64,000 bases of DNA from Candidatus Latescibacterota bacterium (lineage in GTDB: Bacteria > Latescibacterota > UBA2968 > UBA8231). Of the stretch, positions 29,229 to 38,579 are shown piece by piece. The stretch lies in assembly GCA_965206595.1 (NCBI GenBank), contig OZ242214.1, forward strand, positions 4,288,001-4,352,000. The letters are read 5' to 3'. How positions within the stretch are numbered: the first letter of the stretch is position 1; each line of letters starts with the position of its first letter. The position numbers and the translations under genes are program-made. The notes beneath the pieces were generated by a model. The model was not told where the DNA came from and searched no databases. It worked only from the letters and a program-made list of their open reading frames with translations.

Positions 29229-29458
29229 CAAATATTGAGCCTCTGAAACATGCCATCGGCGTCTTCACACTCGACCAATTCTTCCCCTCGATCCGTCTTT
29301 TCAAAAACGTCACGGGTTTCCTCATTAGGTAGCTCTACGGGAAACGGCAGCCCGTTGCGCCGTTCCATTTGCCGAAAGAAAAGGGTTATGGCCTCGGTTG
29401 TGGTCAGGCCGAGTTTGCTCAATAGCGCCTCGACATTGCGCTTTAGCTCTGGATTAAT
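29228..29458 (-). pseudogene. RelB/DinJ antitoxin, 5'-truncated by IS1380
   Basis: INPELKRNVEALLSKLGLTTTEAITLFFRQ...GLPFPVELPNEET. Confidence 0.85.
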
Positions 29459-31318
29459 CCTTTGTTATTCATTCAACCCGCGCATAAGCGGACATAGGCG
29501 CTTCCGAGACCCCTTTGCTTAGCCTCAGAGGCTTGCGTCCCTTCTATAGTCGGCTTTTTGGGTAGAGCCGTCTCCTTATCTCTACCGACCTTGTTGAAAT
29601 TGTACGCGCCTTCTCGAAGACGCTTGCCTTTGCGAGCCCATCATCCCGACCGACCCGGCCTGCGCTTACGCCATCGCCGCGTCCACCGGTTTGAGCGTGG
29701 CCAGAAATCTCCACAGACGATCCCAGGCAGCCGCCGTCCCTTGGGTCAGGATGACGCCCACCCTGCGCCCATGCAAGGTGACGCGGGACGGCAGGCGCAG
29801 GTAGCGCCGTCGAAAACTGTCCAGGCTCAGGGCCGTCGTCGAGCGTCCGTATGTGCGGGGCCGCCCGCGTCGGGCCTCGGCGCGTTCGGCGGCCTGGCGG
29901 CCCAGGTGAAGCAGGTTGTAGGCCAGCAGGTTCAAGGTCAGAAGCGCCTGGTTGGCAGCGAAGGCATCCCGGGACGGGGTGCGCTGACGCGGCTCTCGAC
30001 CCCGGTAGTGTTGCTTGCGACGGGTGGTAGAGGAGAGCTGAGGCTGGAGGGTGGAGCTCAACTCGCCGAGCATGCGCTCGAAAAGGCCGCGCTGACGATA
30101 AAAGGCGACCAGGTCGCGGCCGCTCATCGTCTGGGGACTCTGGTCGGTGATCAGGAAGAAGTGGCGGGCGATGGGCAGCTCTTCCGTCTCGGAAGGGACC
30201 AGGACCAACACCACCCGCCGGGGCTGCGCCCAGGACCTGGCTTGATAGCGCAGCTCGCGACAGCGAAAACCCTCTTCCCGCAGCTCTTCCGGGTGCTGCG
30301 CCAGCTCCTGCTGATAGCCTTCCACCCAGGCACGAGCCAGCTCCTCCAGGCGCGCATTCTTCTTGATGCGCGCCACGTACGAGGTGTCGGCCCGCGCTTC
30401 CAGCTCACTCAGGAAAGACCCGCTCACCGAGGCCGCGTCGAAGCGCAGGATGAGGCGCCGGGCCAGATGCGACTGAATCCAGTCCAAGCGCTTGCCGAGA
30501 GCCTCTGAGGCGCCCTCATGGGCGTGCACGTTGCCCGGCCGCAGCACGGCACCGAAGAAATCGCCCGTCTGCGCCGAGCCGAGGAGCAGGGGATGGTACC
30601 CCGAGGCGTGGAAGTAGCCGTTGTATTCGACCCCCGCCTGGTGCCCGTGCGCCGGCATCGGCAGGGCATCCATGTCGACGGCCAACTCCTCGTATTTCAT
30701 CCGTCCTTCCAGCAGCCGGCAACGAGACCGGGCGCTGCGCAGGACGGCTTCCTCCAACACCTCGCGGTTATAGGCAGTCGAGGCTTGCTCGAGCAGGCGC
30801 GACAGCGTCGGCTGACTGGCCAGTCCCTGCGGCCGGTCTTCGTCGCCGCTGCGCAACGGCGCCTGCCCTTTGCGATCGCTGACCGCCAGACGCAGGATCG
30901 GATCTTGGCGCAACGCGTCGGCGTCGGCGGCGTGGGTCCAGCCCTGTGCCAGCAGCACGATCTGTGTGCGCAGCAGCTCCGGCAGCGGGTGCGTGATCTG
31001 GTCTTGGGTACGGAGATCCTCGAAGTGGGCGTCGAGCCAATCCAGAACCCGGCTGTGTTCGAGCAGTTGACGCAACATCAGCGCACCGGTGTCGCTGCCA
31101 AGGTGGGTGGGGCGGGCTTCGATGTGGATGGAGCGGTTGAAAGACGGCTGAATCGGCCCGGCTTGCTCGGACTCGGTGTGTGACGGTAATTCACCCATTG
31201 GGTGTCCTACTGTGTGATGGGTTCAAAGGGCGATACTGCCTTGTGTTTCCCTCTGAAATCTAAGCATGGGAGGCACCCAGTACAGCCCTCTCCACTAAAA
31301 TTCCATGAATAACAAGGG
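29459..31318 (-). mobile_element. IS1380-family element, copy 2 (1860 bp, inverted relative to copy 1)
   Basis: Same terminal repeats and a nearly identical sequence; no matching target duplication (flanks ttaat / atgag). Confidence 0.92.
29666..31198 (-). CDS. IS1380-family DDE transposase
   Basis: 510 aa; differs from copy 1 by one V/L substitution. Confidence 0.92.
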   Translation of the reverse strand: MGELPSHTESEQAGPIQPSFNRSIHIEARPTHLGSDTGALMLRQLLEHSRVLDWLDAHFEDLRTQDQITHPLPELLRTQIVLLAQGWTHAADADALRQDPILRLAVSDRKGQAPLRSGDEDRPQGLASQPTLSRLLEQASTAYNREVLEEAVLRSARSRCRLLEGRMKYEELAVDMDALPMPAHGHQAGVEYNGYFHASGYHPLLLGSAQTGDFFGAVLRPGNVHAHEGASEALGKRLDWIQSHLARRLILRFDAASVSGSFLSELEARADTSYVARIKKNARLEELARAWVEGYQQELAQHPEELREEGFRCRELRYQARSWAQPRRVVLVLVPSETEELPIARHFFLITDQSPQTMSGRDLVAFYRQRGLFERMLGELSSTLQPQLSSTTRRKQHYRGREPRQRTPSRDAFAANQALLTLNLLAYNLLHLGRQAAERAEARRGRPRTYGRSTTALSLDSFRRRYLRLPSRVTLHGRRVGVILTQGTAAAWDRLWRFLATLKPVDAAMA

Positions 31319-32506
31319 ATGAGAACATCCAGACTTTAAAAAAAACATGAGGCCGGACGCCAGGAGCCTTTCAACGTCTTCTCGATTCTCCTCAGCGCAA
31401 TTGGTTCGGAGTCTTTGTCCCCCTTTTCAGGTCTTCACACCGAAGTCCATGAAATAAATTTCCATTCCCGGTTTCTCCAAGCCCTGCTGAAAAACCGGAA
31501 GCTGCCCAGCGGACGCAGGGAAAATCTGGCGGATTTCCTGCGCATGCCTGCGGTCGGGATATTCACCTTCAACTCGAACCAAGCTACCTTCGACCGGGAG
31601 AGTGGCGGAGGCGTCCTGATCCGGAATCTTTCCGCACGGCAGGCTATTGTCATTGAAAATAACATTCGGAACGGTAGCCAACCTGTGCAGCTGGATAGGT
31701 ACGCCAACCAATTGAAAGCTGAGGGGTATTCGTCAAACCTTCTGTTTCTGACGCTTGACGGCCGATCACCACCTGAAAACAGCGTCCGGTGTCGGGAGTA
31801 CGAATGCATCTCTTACAAAGAGGATGTTTTCCCCTGGTTGGGCCGTTGCCAGCAACGCGCGTACGACGAGCCGGCGCTTCGGGAGGCGATTGCCCAATAT
31901 TTGCACTTGATCGCCCAGCTTACGGAACGAAACTATAGTGAGACATATATGAATGACTTGAAGAAACTTTGTCTGAAGGATGACAACCTCCTTCTCGTCC
32001 ATGACTTGAATGAGGCTTTGGTCGAAGCAAAAGTTTCGTTGCTATACAAATTGTGGCAGGAAATTGCCACCGAGCTTGGCGAGAGGATTCAGGACCTCCC
32101 AGACCTGGCAAAAGATGTTTCAGACATTTCGAAGGAGACGATAAGAAGGTTCCTTACCAGTCCAAAATGCATATGGCACGGACTATTTTTTAACCTTGAA
32201 CAACGTGCATTTATTGGAATCGTAGCCGAAGACCACATTCGCTTCGGCCTCGTTTGTAGAGAAATGAGCAATAGTGAACGGAAAAAACTTGAGAAAGCAC
32301 TAGAAGTCGAATCGAGTTCAGGAACCTGGACCCTTTGGCAATGCCCCAGGGGTTTCGAATATCTGAATCTGAGAAACCCGAGTCGGGAAGACCTCAAGAT
32401 GCTGACAACTAAGAAAGCGAGGAAGGAATATGTCCAGGAGTTGGTGTCAGGCCTCCATAGGGTGTGGGAAAGGATCAAGGTAACCGTTCAGTCCCCCCTG
32501 CAGTAG
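31319..32506 (+). pseudogene. PD-(D/E)XK nuclease superfamily protein (PDDEXK_4-like), clipped by IS1380 at the 5' end and IS66 at the 3' end
   Basis: EPFNVFS...EINFHSRFLQALL...AIVIENNI...QLDRY...LFLTLDG...ISYKEDV..WL. The N-terminus is disrupted near an A8 run; the last codons come from the IS66 repeat. Confidence 0.75.
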
Positions 32507-34100
32507 TTTGAGCATATAAAGAAATACCTAAGCGGGTTTTCGGGTTCGTCGGTATCTTCGGGATCGGTTGTGTGTTGCAGATTTCCCTGGATACGGCGAC
32601 CCCATGAAGAGACCTCCTGAGAGTACGATTTCCGAAGGCGACCTGCGCCAGCGCATTGTCCAGCTTGAGCAGATCGTGGAACAACAGACGGCGCGCATCG
32701 GGGAGCTGGAGCGGGAATTGGCCCGCCGCAAGGGGCGCTCCCGCCGCGGTGCCCGGGCCGCCTCGTCGCAATCGGGCGCTTCCTCCTCGCCGCGCACCGA
32801 CACCTCCCGACGCCGATCCTCGGGGCGCTCGCCGGGCGGACAGCCCGGGCACGAAGGACCCGGCCGCTCGTGGGTATCGGTGGAGCAGGTGGACGAACGG
32901 ATCCCGGTCAAGCCGAGTACGTGCCACGGATGCGGGCACCCGTTGACGGGAGACGATCCTCATCCGCAGCGTCACCAGGAAGTCGTCCTCCCGCCGCTGC
33001 GGGCCGAGGTCATCGAGTATCAGTTGCACACCCTGCGCTGCGGTCACTGCGACCGCCTGACCGCAGCCGGTTTGGCCCGAGGGCGTGTCGCGCCACACCT
33101 TCGGTCCCAGCGTGCAAGCCTGGGTCGGCCTGCTGGCCGGGGCCTACCGGCTGAGCAAGCGCAACATCCGGGCGTTGTTGTCCGACGCCTTCGGCCTCGA
33201 GGTGTCGCTGGGTACGGTCAGCCGACTGGAACGGGAGGTGGCCGCGGCCCTGGCGGCTCCGGTCGAGGAGGCGCGCGCCTTCGTTCGCCGACAGGGCCTC
33301 GTCAACGTCGACGAGACCGGCTGGCGCCAGCGCCGCGCCAAGGCCTGGTTGTGGACCGCGGTGACGGCCGGCGTCACCGTGTTCGCCATTCGCCCAAGCC
33401 GGGGACGGGACGGGGTCGATGAGGTGCTGGGTGCGGACAACCGGGCGGTGGTCGGCTCCGATCGCTATTCGGCCTACGCGCATCTGCCGCTACGACGCCG
33501 GCACGTGTGCTGGGCTCATCTGCGGCGCGCCTTCGAGGAGTTCGTGGCCCGGGGCGGAGAGGCCGGGCGCGTCGGTCAACACCTGTTGGACCGCAGCGAG
33601 CAGCTGTTTACCTGGTGGCATCAAGTCCGCGACGGCACCCTGTCCCGCGCCCGCTTCCAGGACTATATCGACGATTTGTGTCTGCGCTTTCGTTTTCATT
33701 TGTGCTATGGTCAGCAGTTCGCCGACGCCAAGACGGCGGCCACCTGCGCCAATCTCCTCGACCTCGGGCCGGCCCTGTGGACCTGCGCACGCCGGCCCGG
33801 CGTCGAGCCGACCAACAACGAAGCCGAACGAGCCCTTCGCCATGGCGTGTTGTGGCGTCACACCAGCTTCGGTACCCACAGTGCCGAAGGCAGCCGTTTC
33901 GTAGAGCGCCTGCTCACGGTACGCGATACCCTGCGCCAGCAGCAGCGCAACGTCCTCGACTATCTCAGGATGGCCTGTGACGCGGCCGTGTCTCAGCAGC
34001 CGGCGCCCTCGCTGCTGCCTTCAACCCACTCCGCCATTCGCTAATATTCTGCTACCATTCCGCCCCCGGCCCCAACCTGCCAGGGGAACTGAACGGTTAC
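32480..34100 (+). mobile_element. IS66-family element (single-ORF, ISBst12-like)
   Basis: Terminal repeats gtaaccgttcagt.cccct..cag at both ends; no 8-bp target duplication. Confidence 0.9.
32604..34044 (+). pseudogene. IS66 transposase with a frameshift near 33072
   Basis: GGQPGHEG, CHGCG, VDETGW, SDRYSAY, CWAHLRR, EPTNNEAERALR. Confidence 0.9.
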
Positions 34101-34124
34101 GCCTACTAAGCGGAGGCGGCGGCT

Positions 34125-34467
34125 GTGGCTGTAATACTTTGGCCCGGCCTCGGCGATCCCGCTCCGGAGGAGAACGTTGGCACTATCTCCCTCGCCTCCC
34201 TCGCGAGCGCCTTGCGCCTTGGGACGGGCAGCGCCCCGACTGGAGCAGTGGGGACAGAGCTTAACCGGCTGCGTGCTGTCGCCGTCGCCCTGATCGATGA
34301 CTTGCCCCTGCTCGATGACACCCCCGTATCGCTAAAGAACCAAGCTGTTGTCCAAGTTTGCGGGTACTGGTACGACGGACCCCTCAATGAGCGGGGGGAC
34401 CCCTCCGCACTGCGTATGGCTGGCGTACTGTCACTGCTACGGGACTACGTGAAGCGGGGAGCCTCTA
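34125..34467 (+). CDS. Phage head-tail connector-like protein; last codons separated by IS630
   Basis: PVSLKNQAVVQVCGYWYDGP...ALRMAGVLSLLRDY resembles gp6/gp15-type connectors; removing the IS restores ...KRGASSLA* (stop 35476-35478). Confidence 0.6.
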
Positions 34468-35465
34468 GTGTTGTGTCGCAGAGATTCGTTCGCAAAGTCT
34501 CTTGATTTTCGCGAGGATGGAATCGGCCGTAGCCGTCCACACGAAAGGGTGTGCGTTGGCGTTCCATTTGCCGTGTAGCGTTCGATCCGCTCGATGAGCT
34601 CCGACACCTTGCGGAACGAATCGCGCCGAACCGCCTGGCGGGTAAGGATATTGAACCAGATCTCCACCTGATTGAGCCACGAAGCATAGGTGGGGGGTGT
34701 AGTGAACGTGAAATCGGGGACGCCGTGCCAGCCATCGCTTGACCTTGGCCTGCTTATGCGTGGCGTAGTTGTCGACGACGAGATGAATATCGAGGTCAGC
34801 GGGGACGTGGGCCTCGATGTGGCGCAGGAACTGAAGGAACTCCTGGTGACGATGACGGGGCTTGCACTGGGTCATCACTTCCCCGGTGGCTACGTCCAGT
34901 GCGGCGAACAGGGTGGTGGTGCCATGGCGCTTGTAGTCGTGCGGTACCCCTTCCACGTATCCCAGTCCCAGGGGCAGCATGGGCTGACTTCGTTCCAACG
35001 CCTGGATCCGGCTCTTCTCGTCGACGCACAGCACCAGGGCGTGCTCGGGGGGATTCAGGTATAAGCCGACGATATCCCGTACTTTGTCGACAAAGAAAGG
35101 ATCGGTGGAAAGCTTGAAGTGCTTGTGTCGATGGGGCTGCAAACCATATGCAAGCCCTGGAGCCCGTTTTCGAGAAAGCGCCGGCGCCACTTGCCGACCG
35201 TAGCACGCGTCACACCCACGGCGGCGGCGACGGCTTCATTGGGCCCGCCTTCTGCGGCCAGCAGACTAATCTCGGCTCGCCGCACCAACCCGTGGGAAAG
35301 GCTCCGGGATTTGGCCATCGATTCCAATCGTTCCCGGTCCGACGGACTCAGCTCTAACGGCGGTAATGGACGCCCCGTCACCATAGGTCTCTCCTTTCAG
35401 AAAGGGGATAAGAGAAACCTACGGCACCTTCAATTGTTTGTACAGTTAATTATACGACAGGACAC
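34468..35465 (-). mobile_element. IS630 copy with an internal deletion of about 170 bp and frameshifts
   Basis: CTAG ends with TA duplication; 998 bp versus 1167 bp for the intact copy; the HDELRSG...IWRT segment is missing. Confidence 0.9.
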
Positions 35466-35470
35466 TAGCC

Positions 35471-35803
35471 TTGCCTGACTTGGCCGGTATCCGACGGGCG
35501 CACCGTCGCGGGAGCTTGGACCGTGTTGTCAGGGTAGACGGGCGGGAGCTTTGGGCTAAGCGGGAAGAGTACGAGTCTGAACAACAGGACATTTTTCTAG
35601 GCGATTCCGCTGTATCGTACGAACAGGATACGCGGACATACGTCTATACGGTGCACTTCGACCCCGCGATACTCCCGGGGCAAGAGATAACGGACGGCGA
35701 CCTAACCGTTACAATTCTGTCTGTTGAAACCATTGGACGGCGCGCCTATATGCGGCTGAATTGTTCCCGGGAAACCCCGGGGGAAACGGGGATTCTGACC
35801 TGA
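35471..35803 (+). CDS. Phage head-closure/adaptor-like protein
   Basis: 110 aa, beta-rich: LWAKRE...YTVHFDPAI...TILSVETIGRRAYMRLNC. Confidence 0.55.
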   Translation: MPDLAGIRRAHRRGSLDRVVRVDGRELWAKREEYESEQQDIFLGDSAVSYEQDTRTYVYTVHFDPAILPGQEITDGDLTVTILSVETIGRRAYMRLNCSRETPGETGILT

Positions 35804-36859
35804 TGCAATGGCCTTGGTCTAGACCGGAGAGGCGGGCAACCTCCGATTCCTACGCGGAACAAGTAGCCGCGGCCTTACTCGATGCGGCGAGCGGTTCGAG
35901 CGACCTAGGGCAAGGGGTGGCAACCCTTGAGGTTGCAGCGGGGTTGTGGTCGCGAGGGTTCGCTAGCGCCCGCGTACAACCCAACCCCTACGGGCTGCTA
36001 ACGGCTCCCGTACTTGCTTGGCTTGCCCGGGAGCTATGTCTATCGGGCGAAGCTGTCGGGCTGCTGGAGGTAACGGACGGGCGCCTAATGCTTATTCCCG
36101 CCATATGCGACGAAATAACCGGGGGACCTTCCCCCGATACGTGGCGGTACAAGCTCGATTTAGTGGGACCCTCGACAACCCGCACCGTTACCCGAGAGGC
36201 TGGCGCCGTGGTACATATCCGATACGGCGCTACATCGGGCGCCCCGTGGGCTGGGGTGGCGCCGTGGCAAGCTGCGGAGGTATCCGCCAGCCTACTCGCG
36301 AACCTGGAGGGTAGATTGCGCCAAGAGAGCCGGGGCAGGGTGGGCTATATCCTGCCGGTTCCCGTTGATCCGAAAGACGACGACGACGACGCGGACCCGC
36401 TTGCCGGAATCAAGGGTACCCTCAAGGCACTCAAAGGCGAACTCGCCTTAGTCGAGACCTTGGCCGGGGGATATGGCGACAAGGCCAGCGCACCGGCTGA
36501 AGATTGGAAACCCCGGCGACTAGGGGCAAACCCCCCCCGTTTCGCTGGAACCCTTGCTTGACGCGGTATCCTATCGGCTGCTAGCCGCTTGCGGAATACC
36601 GCCGGCTCTTGTGCGCCCCGGGGCAGACGGGACCGCCAGCCGCGAAGGTTGGCGCCAGCTACTGCACTCCACCCTTGCCCCGGTTGCGCGGCTCGCGGAG
36701 GCGGAACTTTCCGCCAAGTTGGAAAGGCCAATAGTCCTATATTTTGAGGCGCTATTTGCATCAGACATAAGCGGGCGCGCGCGCAGCTTTGCCAGCCTCG
36801 TAAATGCTGGCCTCGATCCCGACAAGGCGGCGCGGCTGGCCGGGTTGTTGGATGACTGA
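35803..36859 (+). pseudogene. Phage portal protein, split by an extra C in a C8 run (36531-36538)
   Basis: MQWPWSRPERRA...LCLSGEAV...VVHIRY...PWAGVAP...LAACGIPPALV...TLAPVARLAEAELSAKL...DISGRARSFASLVNAG, an HK97-like portal pattern. Confidence 0.75.
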
Positions 36860-37181
36860 GTTTTACCGATTCCCGCAAGACGGCGACGCCCCCGACGTTG
36901 CGCCCGTGAAGCGAGCCGCGGCGAAGGTTGGGCGCGCCTTTGGCCAGCGCGCGAAATACGAAAAGGCGGTTGCAGCATTGAGTAAGGTCCTGCACGGGCT
37001 GGAAACTCCCCGGCTGCGCTTTTGGGCTGACTGCCTAATGATCGACGGGCGATGGTGCGGGGCAACGGGACAAGGCGGATATTGGGCTGTGGCGAGCGAA
37101 AAAGTGAATGAGCTGGCCGGCGAAGAGCTGAAAACCCGCTCCCCGCGTGGAAAAGCTGGGGAGCTTTCCGCGCCCCGATAG
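36852..37181 (+). CDS. Hypothetical protein of the phage-like element
   Basis: ATG overlaps the portal stop region; 109 aa. Confidence 0.5.
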   Translation: MTEFYRFPQDGDAPDVAPVKRAAAKVGRAFGQRAKYEKAVAALSKVLHGLETPRLRFWADCLMIDGRWCGATGQGGYWAVASEKVNELAGEELKTRSPRGKAGELSAPR

Positions 37182-37228
37182 TCGGGACAGGTAATAGGGA
37201 TACCGAGAGGGAGCGGGGGAATAAATCA

Positions 37229-37642
37229 ATGTGGGTAGAGGCGCCAACCTCACCGATAGTCCCGGCATTAGGCGAAGAAACCCCTACAGCCGCGCAACTT
37301 GCAAGGCAAAGGCGAAACCGCAACAACAGGGAACACGCGGAGCGGCGTGTTGCCGCTATTCTGGCGGCTGGCGGGTATCGCGACGGCGACGGCGCCCGGG
37401 AAGTCGCCAAGCTCCGCACAATCCCCGCCAGCGAGCTTATTGAGCCGCTTTGCGGGTTTCTACGGGCTTGGGTTGGCGACCTTCCCTTTGACAGACAGCG
37501 CCCGAACCCCGAACCCGCACCGGAACCCGAACCCGCACCGCCAGCGGAACCCATTGGTGTATGTAGGTTAGAGGAAAAGCGCACCCGCACCCGTGAAACC
37601 TCGCAAACGGGGCAAGCGGCGACGGGGCAAGCGGCGCCCTGA
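37229..37642 (+). CDS. Hypothetical protein with a PEPAPEPEPAP linker
   Basis: Purine-rich RBS; co-oriented with the phage-like genes; 18-bp tandem repeat near 37505-37545. Confidence 0.5.
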   Translation: MWVEAPTSPIVPALGEETPTAAQLARQRRNRNNREHAERRVAAILAAGGYRDGDGAREVAKLRTIPASELIEPLCGFLRAWVGDLPFDRQRPNPEPAPEPEPAPPAEPIGVCRLEEKRTRTRETSQTGQAATGQAAP

Positions 37643-37832
37643 TCCCGCTCCCGCCGTGTTGCATCTGCTCCCAAGGGAGCCGGGCCTATGTCAAGCTGAA
37701 GTCGAGCTGATCGGCGGGAACCGGCATGAACGGGCTATCGTCTGGCGGCAGTGCCAAGGGCGCCCTATCAAGGGGAGCCGTTACTGCGCAGCCCACCAAA
37801 GCCGGCGGTATTCAGAGATACCGCCCCCCTGA
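37593..37832 (+). CDS. Small basic protein with a Cys/His cluster (possible Zn finger)
   Basis: CQA...RQCQGRPIKGSRYCAAHQ. Confidence 0.45.
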   Translation: MKPRKRGKRRRGKRRPDPAPAVLHLLPREPGLCQAEVELIGGNRHERAIVWRQCQGRPIKGSRYCAAHQSRRYSEIPPP

Positions 37833-37842
37833 GTTAGCTGTT

Positions 37843-38106
37843 TCATCCTTCGAGTTCGGAGGCTCGTCTCTCAAGCATTTCGATGCGTTCCGCAAGGGAG
37901 TTAATGAAGACCTCAAAGCTCTTATCTCCAGATTCAAGAAACTGCCTAAGGTGGCCTTCCAAAGATTCAACGCGGCTTTCAAGGTCGCTGGATTGCCCCC
38001 TATCTAACTCCATCAATGCCCTAGCTGCTTTAATCCGAACCTGCTGGCTCCCCTTGGTGAGGAGGTTTTCAAGAGCAGTTCGAATGGCTTCCTCGCTATT
38101 TGCCAT
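37843..38106 (-). CDS. Small helical/coiled-coil cargo protein next to the tRNA
   Basis: GAGGAG RBS; VRIKAARAL (HEAT-like) and LESRVESLE/LAERIEMLE heptads. Confidence 0.6.
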   Translation of the reverse strand: MANSEEAIRTALENLLTKGSQQVRIKAARALMELDRGQSSDLESRVESLEGHLRQFLESGDKSFEVFINSLAERIEMLERRASELEG

Positions 38107-38127
38107 CGTGCTTTTCTCCTCTTTCTC

Positions 38128-38195
38128 TACTGACACAGTGCTGACACGGGCCGTGTTCAGTGCACATCGTGGTTGTCGTAAGTTGTTGTTTTTAT
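38128..38195. other. att-like junction of an integrated element
   Basis: Direct repeats ctgacac-agtg-ctgacac resemble tyrosine-integrase arm sites; an AT-rich motif abuts the tRNA 3' end. Confidence 0.5.
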
Positions 38196-38271
38196 TGGTG
38201 CGCCCACGAGGACTCGAACCTCGGACCCGCTGATTAAGAGTCAGCCGCTCTACCAACTGAGCTATAGGCGC
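38196..38271 (-). tRNA. tRNA-Lys (anticodon CTT)
   Basis: 76 nt, GCGCCTATAGCTCAGTTGGTAGAGCGGCTGACTCTTAATCAGCGGGTCCGAGGTTCGAGTCCTCGTGGGCGCACCA; cloverleaf with encoded CCA. Confidence 0.97.
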
Positions 38272-38376
38272 ATGCCCCCAATGAGCGTCTGGGAGACTTG
38301 CGTTCGCACTTGCGTGTCGCACAATTCGGAAACTGTTGCGGACAGGCGCCGGAGGTCGGCGAAAATAGAGCCCCCG

Positions 38377-38405
38377 AAAATAGAGCCCCCCCTGTACACT
38401 GTCAA
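38377..38405 (-). promoter_or_regulatory. Sigma70-like promoter for the tRNA
   Basis: TTGACA-17 bp-TATTTT on the minus strand; the -10 lies in a 15-bp tandem duplication (gaaaatagagccccc x2, 38361-38390). Confidence 0.55.
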
Positions 38406-38454
38406 CGAATCTAGGCCCCCTTCACAGGCCCGGAATTCCCCTGCGCGTTTCTCC

Positions 38455-38483
38455 TTGACAGCCCTCTGCACGCCGTCTAGTGT
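38455..38483 (+). promoter_or_regulatory. Divergent sigma70-like promoter for the TPR-efp-acc genes
   Basis: TTGACA-17 bp-TAGTGT. Confidence 0.5.
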
Positions 38484-38579
38484 CCTGTCCCGGCAACAGA
38501 TTGGCGCAATCCAGCCGGCCGGGATGCCTTTGGCAGAACCGGGTCGCGAGCCGCGAGCGAAGAAGACTCCGGGAGACGG

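Noticed and set aside
37843-38322. 159-aa ORF spanning the tRNA
   Set aside because: The upstream part is translated tRNA sequence; the RBS supports a start at 38106.
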